A stretch of DNA of 64,000 bases, taken from the IMG/VR virus record IMGVR_UViG_3300031088_000735. The stretch is one strand, 5' to 3'. This DNA comes from a virus (taxonomy: Duplodnaviria > Heunggongvirae > Uroviricota > Caudoviricetes). Both the position numbers and the translations under genes were made by a program. The stretch's first letter is position 1. Each line of letters starts with the position of its first letter. The notes beneath the pieces are model-generated. The model made no database searches and was not told the DNA's origin. It saw only the letters and a program-made list of their open reading frames with translations. Of this stretch, positions 57,094 to 64,000 are shown one piece after another.

Positions 57094-57228
57094 ATGCAAG
57101 GTTCTTTCGGTGACGCAACTGAACGCTTCCGTGGTGGTAAGAAAAAAGACAATGAGCAATCCAAATTCAACAAAAAAGATCAGGATTTCCGTAAACGCCG
57201 TCGCAACCGTCATCAAGACTCTGAATAA
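57094..57228 (+). CDS. small basic MQGS-family peptide, copy 4 (44 aa)
   Basis: MQGSFGDATERFRGGKKKDNEQSKFNKKDQDFRKRRRNRHQDSE; AGGAG SD; own promoter and terminator. Confidence 0.85.
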   Translation: MQGSFGDATERFRGGKKKDNEQSKFNKKDQDFRKRRRNRHQDSE

Positions 57229-57305
57229 GTTTTGACCATCTGAAAAGGCATCCGAAAGGGTGCCTTTTTGTTTTTAAGTTTCTGATTAAATGTTATGGGG
57301 TTTTT

Positions 57306-57569
57306 ATGTTTAAGTCTAATAATGAAATCAGTTTCATAACTTTAACCATCTTGGTTTTTGGTGGTGGAATCTTTATGGCGATATTGTTCAGACCGGCTGA
57401 TGTCAAATTTGTTATGGATAAAGATAATCAATGTAAATTGATTGATAAAGTTCAAACAGATAAACGATTGTATTGCGGCAAAGCTTGCACCACGCCAGAA
57501 TACAAACAAACCTTTCAGTGTGCAGATGGTCAATCTCATATTATTTTCTACTATGATCTCCACAAATAA
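57306..57569 (+). CDS. membrane-anchored Cys-containing protein
   Basis: N-terminal TM, 4 Cys. Confidence 0.7.
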   Translation: MFKSNNEISFITLTILVFGGGIFMAILFRPADVKFVMDKDNQCKLIDKVQTDKRLYCGKACTTPEYKQTFQCADGQSHIIFYYDLHK

Positions 57570-57701
57570 TTTATAAACCTTTCGACCTTTGCTATTTTTT
57601 ATTATTTTATCAAAATCATTAAATAAAGCTTGTCCAAAAAACTGTTTTTTGATATGATAGACACATCAAAACGAAGCAACCAACCTTCTCGGAGAAATAC
57701 C

Positions 57702-58145
57702 ATGACCCAAGTCACTTCCCTCGAACGTGCTGTTATTCGCAACATCGCCGTTTCGACTACAGCGGCTGTTCTTGTAAAATCCATCAGCAGCGGCCCGGAA
57801 ACCATCAAAGATACCCAAGTCAATGCAGTTATCCTGAACCTGAAGAAAAAAGGTCTGGTCGCTGTCTCCGACGCTCAAACTGTCACCCTGACCGCAGAAG
57901 GCGAATCGGTTCATAACCGTGAATTCCCTTCCGTCAAAGACCTCGACACCCTGCGTCATGAAAGCAATCTGGAACTGTCTGAAAACGTTCCTATGTCGGT
58001 TGAAGAACTGAAGCTGACCAATCAACTGATTGAAGTTCGCAAGTCGGTCAACAAAATCGGTAAAACTCTGTTTGCCCTGCAAGTAGCTCTCATCTCTGAC
58101 CGATTGCTGAAAGAAGCACTGCAGGAACAACAACTGGCCGCTTAG
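57702..58145 (+). CDS. winged-helix protein, paralog 2
   Basis: QVNAVILNLKKKGLV..TVTLT.EG; KDLDTLRHESNL identical to 3877; GGAG SD. Confidence 0.65.
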   Translation: MTQVTSLERAVIRNIAVSTTAAVLVKSISSGPETIKDTQVNAVILNLKKKGLVAVSDAQTVTLTAEGESVHNREFPSVKDLDTLRHESNLELSENVPMSVEELKLTNQLIEVRKSVNKIGKTLFALQVALISDRLLKEALQEQQLAA

Positions 58146-58262
58146 TCTACGGGCAGTATTCTAAGAAATGGGCTACGGCCCATTTTTTTGTTGCCTGTTT
58201 TCTTTCTTTTTGCTAAAATGATCTCCTGTTAGATGTTCTCTACTTTGCTATTAGGAGTTTAC

Positions 58263-58502
58263 ATGAACTTTCTTAAAGCTTTCAAAAAAATGTTCAGCAC
58301 TCCAGTTCCTGAACAGCCTGCACCTCAGAAGGGACAAGTATGGGCCATGCTTGATGAGGTGGTAGATCGCCATTGTACGCCGATTGTAGCCACGGTGAGT
58401 GACGTAGCAGGTGATATTGTGCATTACTCTATTAACTACGGTAAAAGCTCTCAATCCACAGTATCGGCCTTCAAAGATTCCTTCACCTACCAGTCGAATT
58501 AA
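58263..58502 (+). CDS. hypothetical protein
   Basis: AGGAG SD before ATG 58263. Confidence 0.7.
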   Translation: MNFLKAFKKMFSTPVPEQPAPQKGQVWAMLDEVVDRHCTPIVATVSDVAGDIVHYSINYGKSSQSTVSAFKDSFTYQSN

Positions 58503-58574
58503 TAATCAAAAAAAGATTGTTTTCTTTTTTCATGATTGTTATAATAGCCCATCAACTAAATAAGGATCGTCCCC

Positions 58575-58916
58575 ATGAGTAATGACCTTAAAGCCCTTCT
58601 CGCTCAATTGCAAAATGAAGAAATAGAAGCTGTTGAGTTCGGTGAACCGGGCAAGCCGTTTGGTTTCATGAGCAGTCATCGCATTATCTTTATCCCCACT
58701 GCTGGCGGCATTCAGTTTGGTCTGAAACAAGTCACGGGCCGTGGTCTGGGTTCTGGTATGTATTTCGGGCTGAATGTTGATGCGTTTGTCGAGGCGTCCG
58801 AAAAAATGGTTGAAAAATATCTGACGCCTCATGCGAACCCAATGATCCGAGATATGATTGCTAAAAAAGGCGACCGCACTAAACTGGCATACTTTGCAGT
58901 TCCAAAGTCGGCCTAA
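58575..58916 (+). CDS. hypothetical protein
   Basis: AAGGA SD; terminator at 58936. Confidence 0.75.
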   Translation: MSNDLKALLAQLQNEEIEAVEFGEPGKPFGFMSSHRIIFIPTAGGIQFGLKQVTGRGLGSGMYFGLNVDAFVEASEKMVEKYLTPHANPMIRDMIAKKGDRTKLAYFAVPKSA

Positions 58917-59027
58917 TAGTCTCCCGTTTTCAATAGCCCAACCTAGTGTTGGGTTTTTTTATTTAATGCTTGCAGGGAAATGTTGATGATGGTAAAATAA
59001 TCCTAATCTTAAAAAGAGTATTTTAAT

Positions 59028-59165
59028 ATGATGAAAATCATGACTGCATTGGCTATTCCTTGTGATTTCTGCTGGTGTACATTGGCTGAAATGCGGGCGT
59101 ATCCAAAATTCGTTCCGCTGGAACAAAAAAACGATGGCCCGTTTGTTCCTGTTAAATTCGTCTAA
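59028..59165 (+). CDS. small hypothetical protein (45 aa)
   Basis: ORF after promoter; not in ORF track. Confidence 0.45.
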   Translation: MMKIMTALAIPCDFCWCTLAEMRAYPKFVPLEQKNDGPFVPVKFV

Positions 59166-59179
59166 CTGGTGGTTTGTTT

Positions 59180-59404
59180 ATGAAAAACTTTGTCGGTATT
59201 GAAATTCGTAATGTCCAAGTCGGCCCAGATGACTACACAAGTATCTATGTCGATAAGGAAGCTATTGAATTCAGCTATCCTGACACAGACTTTACTGATG
59301 AGAACAAGGTTTTCTTTCAGGCTTGTGAATACCTTGAAAATTATGATAAAAATGTTGTGTCCTGCGAGCATGCCAAAATAAACGAAATCTACTGTTCTAA
59401 ATAG
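59180..59404 (+). CDS. hypothetical acidic protein
   Basis: GGTGG SD. Confidence 0.6.
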   Translation: MKNFVGIEIRNVQVGPDDYTSIYVDKEAIEFSYPDTDFTDENKVFFQACEYLENYDKNVVSCEHAKINEIYCSK

Positions 59405-59494
59405 CTATTCGTTTCATAATGACACCAGAAAAGCTTGCCTTGGTTGCAGGCTTTTGGTATAATTATCCCATCGAAACGAACTAGGAACACCATC

Positions 59495-60097
59495 ATGGCT
59501 AAGCTCTACTTCCGTCACGCAGTAATGAACTCCGGCAAAAGTCTCGCACTGTTGCAAGTGAATCACAACTATGTTTCCGAAGGTCGTGAGACTGTTCTGT
59601 TCTCCCACGAAATCGACAAGCGTTTCGGTGAGGGTGTGATTGCTTCCCGTATTGCAGGTGGCACTGTCCAAGCCCCTAGCATCTCCATCAATGACACCGT
59701 AAACTTGTTCGAAATTGTCAATGCCAGAGTTGAAGCTGGTCAAGACATTGCTTGCGTGCTCTGCGACGAAGTTCAGTTTTATTCGGTTGAACAAATCGAC
59801 CAACTGTCCGACATCGTAGACCTGTTGAATGTGCCAGTTATCTGCTACGGCCTGAAATCCACTTTCAAAGGTGAACTGTTCGAAGCGTCCAAACGCCTTG
59901 TTGAACTCGCTGACGAAATCGAAAGTATTGACCAAGTGTGCTGGTGCGGTTGCAAAGCACGCATGATTTTGAAATTCAACGCCGAAACTGGTGAAGTCAT
60001 CCGCGAAGGTGGTAACGTTGAAGTCGGTGCCGAAAGCAAATACCGTTCGGTTTGCCGCAAGCACTGGAAGTTGGGCCAGATGTTCAAACCAGCTTAA
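59495..60097 (+). CDS. tdk: thymidine kinase, copy 2
   Basis: same motifs as copy 1; AGGA SD before ATG 59495; the ORF-track extension is promoter sequence. Confidence 0.95.
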   Translation: MAKLYFRHAVMNSGKSLALLQVNHNYVSEGRETVLFSHEIDKRFGEGVIASRIAGGTVQAPSISINDTVNLFEIVNARVEAGQDIACVLCDEVQFYSVEQIDQLSDIVDLLNVPVICYGLKSTFKGELFEASKRLVELADEIESIDQVCWCGCKARMILKFNAETGEVIREGGNVEVGAESKYRSVCRKHWKLGQMFKPA

Positions 60098-60196
60098 TCA
60101 CCCTGATACATAATGATCCTCCTTAAATGGGGGCTTCTTATTGCTTTTAATCCTTTCTTTTGATATAATTCTGTTATTATTAATAGGAGTTAAATC

Positions 60197-60448
60197 ATGA
60201 TCTCAGCCACGCTTATACAAACCTACCGTCCTTCTTGCTGTGGCGAACCCGACAAGATAACGCGGATTGTTTTAACGGAATCGAGTGTTGATGAAATCTA
60301 TCGTATCGCATTCAAAAACCATATTAACCCATCGTCTCGGTGCTTTACTGTGAGCTTTCAGTTTGAAGACCTTGTTCACCAACAAGGTTATCAAAAATGG
60401 GTATCGAATGTCGGTAATTATGCCTTTAATGGTGGGAACATGGATTAA
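60197..60448 (+). CDS. hypothetical protein
   Basis: AGGAG SD. Confidence 0.7.
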   Translation: MISATLIQTYRPSCCGEPDKITRIVLTESSVDEIYRIAFKNHINPSSRCFTVSFQFEDLVHQQGYQKWVSNVGNYAFNGGNMD

Positions 60449-60500
60449 CACCACTTCCATTAAAATATTGTTTTTCTTTTAGTATTATAGTATAATACAT

Positions 60501-60553
60501 CATCGAAGCGGCAAAGAGCGAGCATTCCAGTAAGCCTTTTTCTTTGTTTCTGC
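60501..60553 (+). ncRNA. conserved structured 5' leader, copy 3
   Basis: CAAAGAG/TTCTTTG stem replaces CAAGGGG/CCCCTTG (compensatory). Confidence 0.7.
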
Positions 60554-60582
60554 TCATTCTCAATCAGATAGTGGTGGACTTC

Positions 60583-61035
60583 ATGGAACCTTTCAAAATC
60601 AATAAAGCCATTCCACAGGTTATTGACTTCATCTTGTTTATCTTGGTGGCGTTGTCTATTTACTTCAAAGAATACACCATTGTCAGTGCTATACTCATTG
60701 CACTGCCCACCCTGTTCATGTTTGCCCTTGTGATTCGCCAATCATTGGATTGCTGGAAACAGAAATCCCTTTACAACTTCACCATGTTGGTATCGGCGGT
60801 GAACTTGAAACTGGACTATTCTTCTCGCCTTGTGCGTGACACCATCATTTACGGCTTGCACATCTACCTGTTTACCTTGAACCAGAACTATTTTTACTTG
60901 GCTAGCTTCGGTCTTTGCTTGGCCTTTGATATTCTGGTTTATAACGCTGCTTTGAATCCGATGATGAAAAAGTATGTGTTGCAATCAGCCATGCAGCAAA
61001 TGGAAATCGTCAAAGCACAACAAAACAATCAGTAA
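60583..61035 (+). CDS. multi-TM membrane protein
   Basis: about 4 hydrophobic segments; start reassigned. Confidence 0.7.
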   Translation: MEPFKINKAIPQVIDFILFILVALSIYFKEYTIVSAILIALPTLFMFALVIRQSLDCWKQKSLYNFTMLVSAVNLKLDYSSRLVRDTIIYGLHIYLFTLNQNYFYLASFGLCLAFDILVYNAALNPMMKKYVLQSAMQQMEIVKAQQNNQ

Positions 61036-61183
61036 CACCAGCGAGTATTGCTCATCATCCATTGAAGGCAACAAACAAATAAAGAGCTTCGGCTCTTTTT
61101 TGTTTTTATAAATATCATTTTTAAGTTGATTAAATAATCTTTTAGTATTATAATCATGTCATCAAAACAGAAGGCGAAACCCT

Positions 61184-61687
61184 ATGATTAAGCATACCGA
61201 ATTGAACAAACCTTTTAACGTTGGTGATAAAGTTGTTAACCTTCGGTTTCTCCATTTGTGGAATGACGCCTTTCATCACATTCACTTCTTGAATGATTCG
61301 GTTCATCTTGTCTCGAATGCCACTGATGAATTCTTTACTTTCAATTCCCTTGTAGAAATCCCTGATTCCTTGAATCTCGATTCTTATGTAGCTCACCATA
61401 TCTATCAGCAATCTACGGGTGTCTGTATCGCTGATGGTGCAAAACATGTTCTCAGTGTGGAACGTGAGTTTCCTTTGATTAAATCGGCTTTGGACAGTGC
61501 TTTTGCACTTGCCATGCAGAAAGTGGATGATGAGAATAAAAACATCGTCATCGACCCAGCTCAATATAGTTGTGAGGCTGGTGGCTATCACCAAGCAATT
61601 CATACGAAAAACACTCAATACTTTGCAAAGAAAAAGTTTTTGTTTGATCGATTTAAACAAGTTGTTGATCACATTTTCGCAAAGTAA
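61184..61687 (+). CDS. hypothetical protein, paralog of 22177
   Basis: FNVGDKVVNL..L.LW. Confidence 0.75.
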   Translation: MIKHTELNKPFNVGDKVVNLRFLHLWNDAFHHIHFLNDSVHLVSNATDEFFTFNSLVEIPDSLNLDSYVAHHIYQQSTGVCIADGAKHVLSVEREFPLIKSALDSAFALAMQKVDDENKNIVIDPAQYSCEAGGYHQAIHTKNTQYFAKKKFLFDRFKQVVDHIFAK

Positions 61688-61947
61688 CCGCTAACCACAA
61701 AACACTGGAGCTTCGGCTCCTTTTTGTGTTATACTCAGGCATCAATTTAGGAGATTAGTGATGAGTTCCTATTATTGCCCAGTCTGTACAAAGCTGATCA
61801 CTAACAGTCATGATCATGGCTTCATGTGTCCTCGTTGGGGAAATTCGGTAACTTTTCATTTTTATCTTCAAAAATCTCTTTTTTGATTGCATTCCTATTC
61901 GAATAGTATTATAATAAGTCAACTCAAACGGAATAGGAAACACCACC

Positions 61948-62259
61948 ATGTCGAAAGCTAATGTCGTTGTTCCAAAAATTCCTTCGGCAAAAATTTTGGC
62001 CCGTTATGCAGATCGATTTGCTCAATTGCAGGTGACTCCAGAAAAAATGCACGACTATCTTGCTAAGCTTCACGAAGTGAATCCCCCAAGCATTGAAATG
62101 AACCCAGAAACCAAAGCGATGTTACTGGAATCGGCTCGTATTCATGATGAAGCTGAAGATCGTGCAGACTGTATTGCACAATCTGCTTTGGACGAGTTGT
62201 CTCCACATGCACGGGCTGCATTGAATCGCTTGCTGGGCACGCCACTCGACCCAGAATAA
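61948..62259 (+). CDS. hypothetical protein
   Basis: AGGA SD, terminator. Confidence 0.75.
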   Translation: MSKANVVVPKIPSAKILARYADRFAQLQVTPEKMHDYLAKLHEVNPPSIEMNPETKAMLLESARIHDEAEDRADCIAQSALDELSPHARAALNRLLGTPLDPE

Positions 62260-62558
62260 GAAAACCACTCACATACTACTAAGGGCTTCGGCCCTTTTTT
62301 GTTGTCTTTAAAAAAGTTTGTATCTTATCAATAAATCCTTTACACCGCCTTTCAATATTGATATAATCATCCCAGATCAACAAGCACGCAAATGGGCGTT
62401 CACTTGTCTAGGGCTTTACGATTGCCTACCGCTCTCATCTTGGTAAAATTCGTTGCTTCACTGTTAACCCTACTTCTAAACTCTGATTTGTTTTCAGATA
62501 AAAAGTAACGAGAGCAACTGACCACACCTGATAAAATAACTTATTGGAGATTTCTATT

Positions 62559-62948
62559 ATGTTCACAGACTACAACCATTTCAAAAAAGCTACCCAACTT
62601 TTGTTCAGCGAAACCTGCAGCAATGGCCTTAAACTGTCTCAGTATCGTGACCGTGTGGCTCAACTGGTTGGTTTCTCGAATCAACAATCACTCAAAAACT
62701 ATTTTGAAAGCCGCTCTAATGGCCCACAAATCGTTTCCGTCATCACTTACATGAATGAGACGATTCAGTCTAAGCATGACTTCTATGATGATCCTGCTGG
62801 CAACCGTAAAGCAGAAGAACAATTTAAAGAAATTCTTTATAAATTTATGCCTTCTTATACTGTTGAAGACATGGATGATTGCCTTGATAACGGCTATTTT
62901 GAAGATGATAACAGTGATTTTAAATTGTTCATCACTCATTCGTATTGA
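62559..62948 (+). CDS. hypothetical protein
   Basis: GGAG SD before ATG 62559; long structured leader upstream. Confidence 0.75.
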   Translation: MFTDYNHFKKATQLLFSETCSNGLKLSQYRDRVAQLVGFSNQQSLKNYFESRSNGPQIVSVITYMNETIQSKHDFYDDPAGNRKAEEQFKEILYKFMPSYTVEDMDDCLDNGYFEDDNSDFKLFITHSY

Positions 62949-63073
62949 GTGATTTTCTTCAACTCTAATGATTAGGGGCTTCGGCTCCTTTTCTCATTTC
63001 TTAGATTTTTGTTTACTTCTTTTTCAAATAGTATTATAATACGACATACCCAATCAAAAGGCAGGCTTTAAAC

Positions 63074-63292
63074 ATGGCTACCATCAATAAATCTCAAAAA
63101 ATCAAGCATCTTCAATCCATGCTTGAAAACGAACAGGTTGGTGATTTGTCGGCAGTCGTGTTGGCTAAACGTAAACTCGATGAAGGCGATTACGATCAAG
63201 CTATTCGCCAGCTTCGTGTTGACGCTGATAAGTTTATCTGTGTCGATTATGAGTTGTTTCGCTTGGTCATGGATGAATACGCTGACCTGTAA
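63074..63292 (+). CDS. hypothetical protein
   Basis: promoter upstream; 72 aa. Confidence 0.7.
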   Translation: MATINKSQKIKHLQSMLENEQVGDLSAVVLAKRKLDEGDYDQAIRQLRVDADKFICVDYELFRLVMDEYADL

Positions 63293-63321
63293 ATTTCAAT
63301 CCATTAGAAAATAGGTGAAAT

Positions 63322-63514
63322 ATGCTTATCACTGCTAGTATCGGCAACATCGTAGTTTGTATCGCTTGCCACTCATTTTGAAGGCAGTCTAAAAAAAATT
63401 GCCAGAATTGAATATTTTAAACAAATGAAAGAAAAAAGCCGTATGGAATCAAAAGGGAAGCATGGTAAGCAGTTGATGAAAAGAAAATACATCTTTTCTG
63501 ATGAACTTATGTAG
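63322..63514 (+). pseudogene. split gene or +1 frameshift candidate
   Basis: 19-codon ORF ends TTT TGA; +1 frame continues 44 codons to TAG just before a terminator. Confidence 0.4.
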
Positions 63515-63605
63515 GGAGCTTCGGCTCCTTTTTTTGTTTTAACCATTTGAGTATTTTTTTGTTTTCCTGTATACTTAGATGACTTTATTTCTAGAGGTTC
63601 GAAGA

Positions 63606-64000
63606 ATGATTCGCACGGTTACACATTTGACCCGTAACATCAACTACACCAGAACGAACCAAACCCTTGGTTTTATCGCTCACTGGAAACTGGTCTTTTC
63701 TTTGTGGGGGATGGCATTGAATGTCTTGTCACTGTTCCGTACATTCAGCCCACTGAAATCTATCTATATGATTCCGTGGACGTATGCTGTCCTCATTGTC
63801 AAAACCCCTTGGTGGATGTTTATCAAACCTTTCGGTAAAATTTACAGTCGTAAAACAACGTGGGTTGGCACTTACGAACAACGTAATAAAACCATTGTCA
63901 GCAGTGATGTCCGTAAAAACGTCACTCATAAGTTATTGGGTATTCCTTTTCTTAAGCATCCTTCCAGCATGACCAAAGCTGATTGGGATTATGTTGGTCA
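63606..64000 (+). CDS. hypothetical protein, partial (runs off window)
   Basis: GAGGT SD before ATG 63606; open to the end of the sequence; absent from ORF track. Confidence 0.6.
   Translation, partial: MIRTVTHLTRNINYTRTNQTLGFIAHWKLVFSLWGMALNVLSLFRTFSPLKSIYMIPWTYAVLIVKTPWWMFIKPFGKIYSRKTTWVGTYEQRNKTIVSSDVRKNVTHKLLGIPFLKHPSSMTKADWDYVG

Noticed and set aside
19103-59494. N-terminal extensions such as ...FGIIIPSKR... on ORFs 19103, 38491, 54561, 57022, 57630, 59435
   Set aside because: They are translations of the promoter motif (TGGTATAATTATCCCATCAAAACG); true starts lie downstream behind an SD.
61761-61886. 41-aa CxxC ORF (MSSYYCPVCTKL...)
   Set aside because: Has an SD, but its tail runs into the next promoter and there is no other support; left uncalled.
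4411-63535. Repeated hairpins as integron attC sites or REP/MITE elements
   Set aside because: They are short GC stems with UUCG/UACG loops and U tails after stop codons, i.e. ordinary intrinsic terminators; no RYYYAAC/GTTRRRY cores or integrase seen.
6-63972. Long antisense and overlapping ORFs in the track (e.g. 6-464, 1447-2112, 27147-27770, 38527-39468, 47345-48028, 59414-60064)
   Set aside because: They mirror + strand genes that have SDs, promoters and terminators; codon bias of the sense strand explains the open antisense frames; no SD or motifs.
1-64000. Assignment to a named phage genus or host
   Set aside because: No marker gene (terminase, capsid, polymerase) is in the window; promoter and SD style only suggest a sigma70-using, probably gammaproteobacterial host.

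Overview
AT-rich segment, most likely the early/accessory region of a large (jumbo-type) dsDNA bacteriophage, probably of a gammaproteobacterium. This is an inference: no core virion or replication gene is in the window, so a very large plasmid-like element is not excluded. About 135 mostly small, mostly + strand genes are organised as independent cassettes (sigma70-type promoter, 1-3 genes, UUCG/UACG intrinsic terminator), interspersed with very AT-rich genes encoding exported or membrane proteins. Recognisable genes: two thymidine kinases, KptA/Tpt1 RNA 2'-phosphotransferase, ADP-ribose-type Nudix hydrolase, SleB-type cell wall hydrolase, YkgJ, bPH_2 protein, two GNATs, a SAM methyltransferase, a SLOG protein, a cyclic-phosphate-processing receiver domain, a Pth2-like protein, a lipoprotein serine protease, an HEXXH peptidase, 4 tRNAs (Leu-CAA, Arg-UCU, 2x Leu-UAA) and a TnpB-only IS607-type element whose empty site can be reconstructed. 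The most unusual region is the tRNA island (23.3-28.3 kb). It holds four 3-codon minigenes (extended SD GAGGTGA, 7 nt, ATG-NNN-NNN-TAA) behind the two tRNA-Leu(UAA) genes, a 168-nt tRNA-like RNA with a large internal domain, and two of four copies of an unannotated 42-44 aa basic peptide family (MQGS...RRxRHxD(x)E). Together with a phage Pth2-like enzyme, this suggests an undescribed translation/tRNA-manipulation system (hypothesis). Also found: a thrice-repeated covarying 5'-leader hairpin, two pairs of palindromic promoters, three winged-helix paralogs and a prepilin-like protein. All coordinates were counted by eye; protein family calls rest on motif recognition, not database searches.
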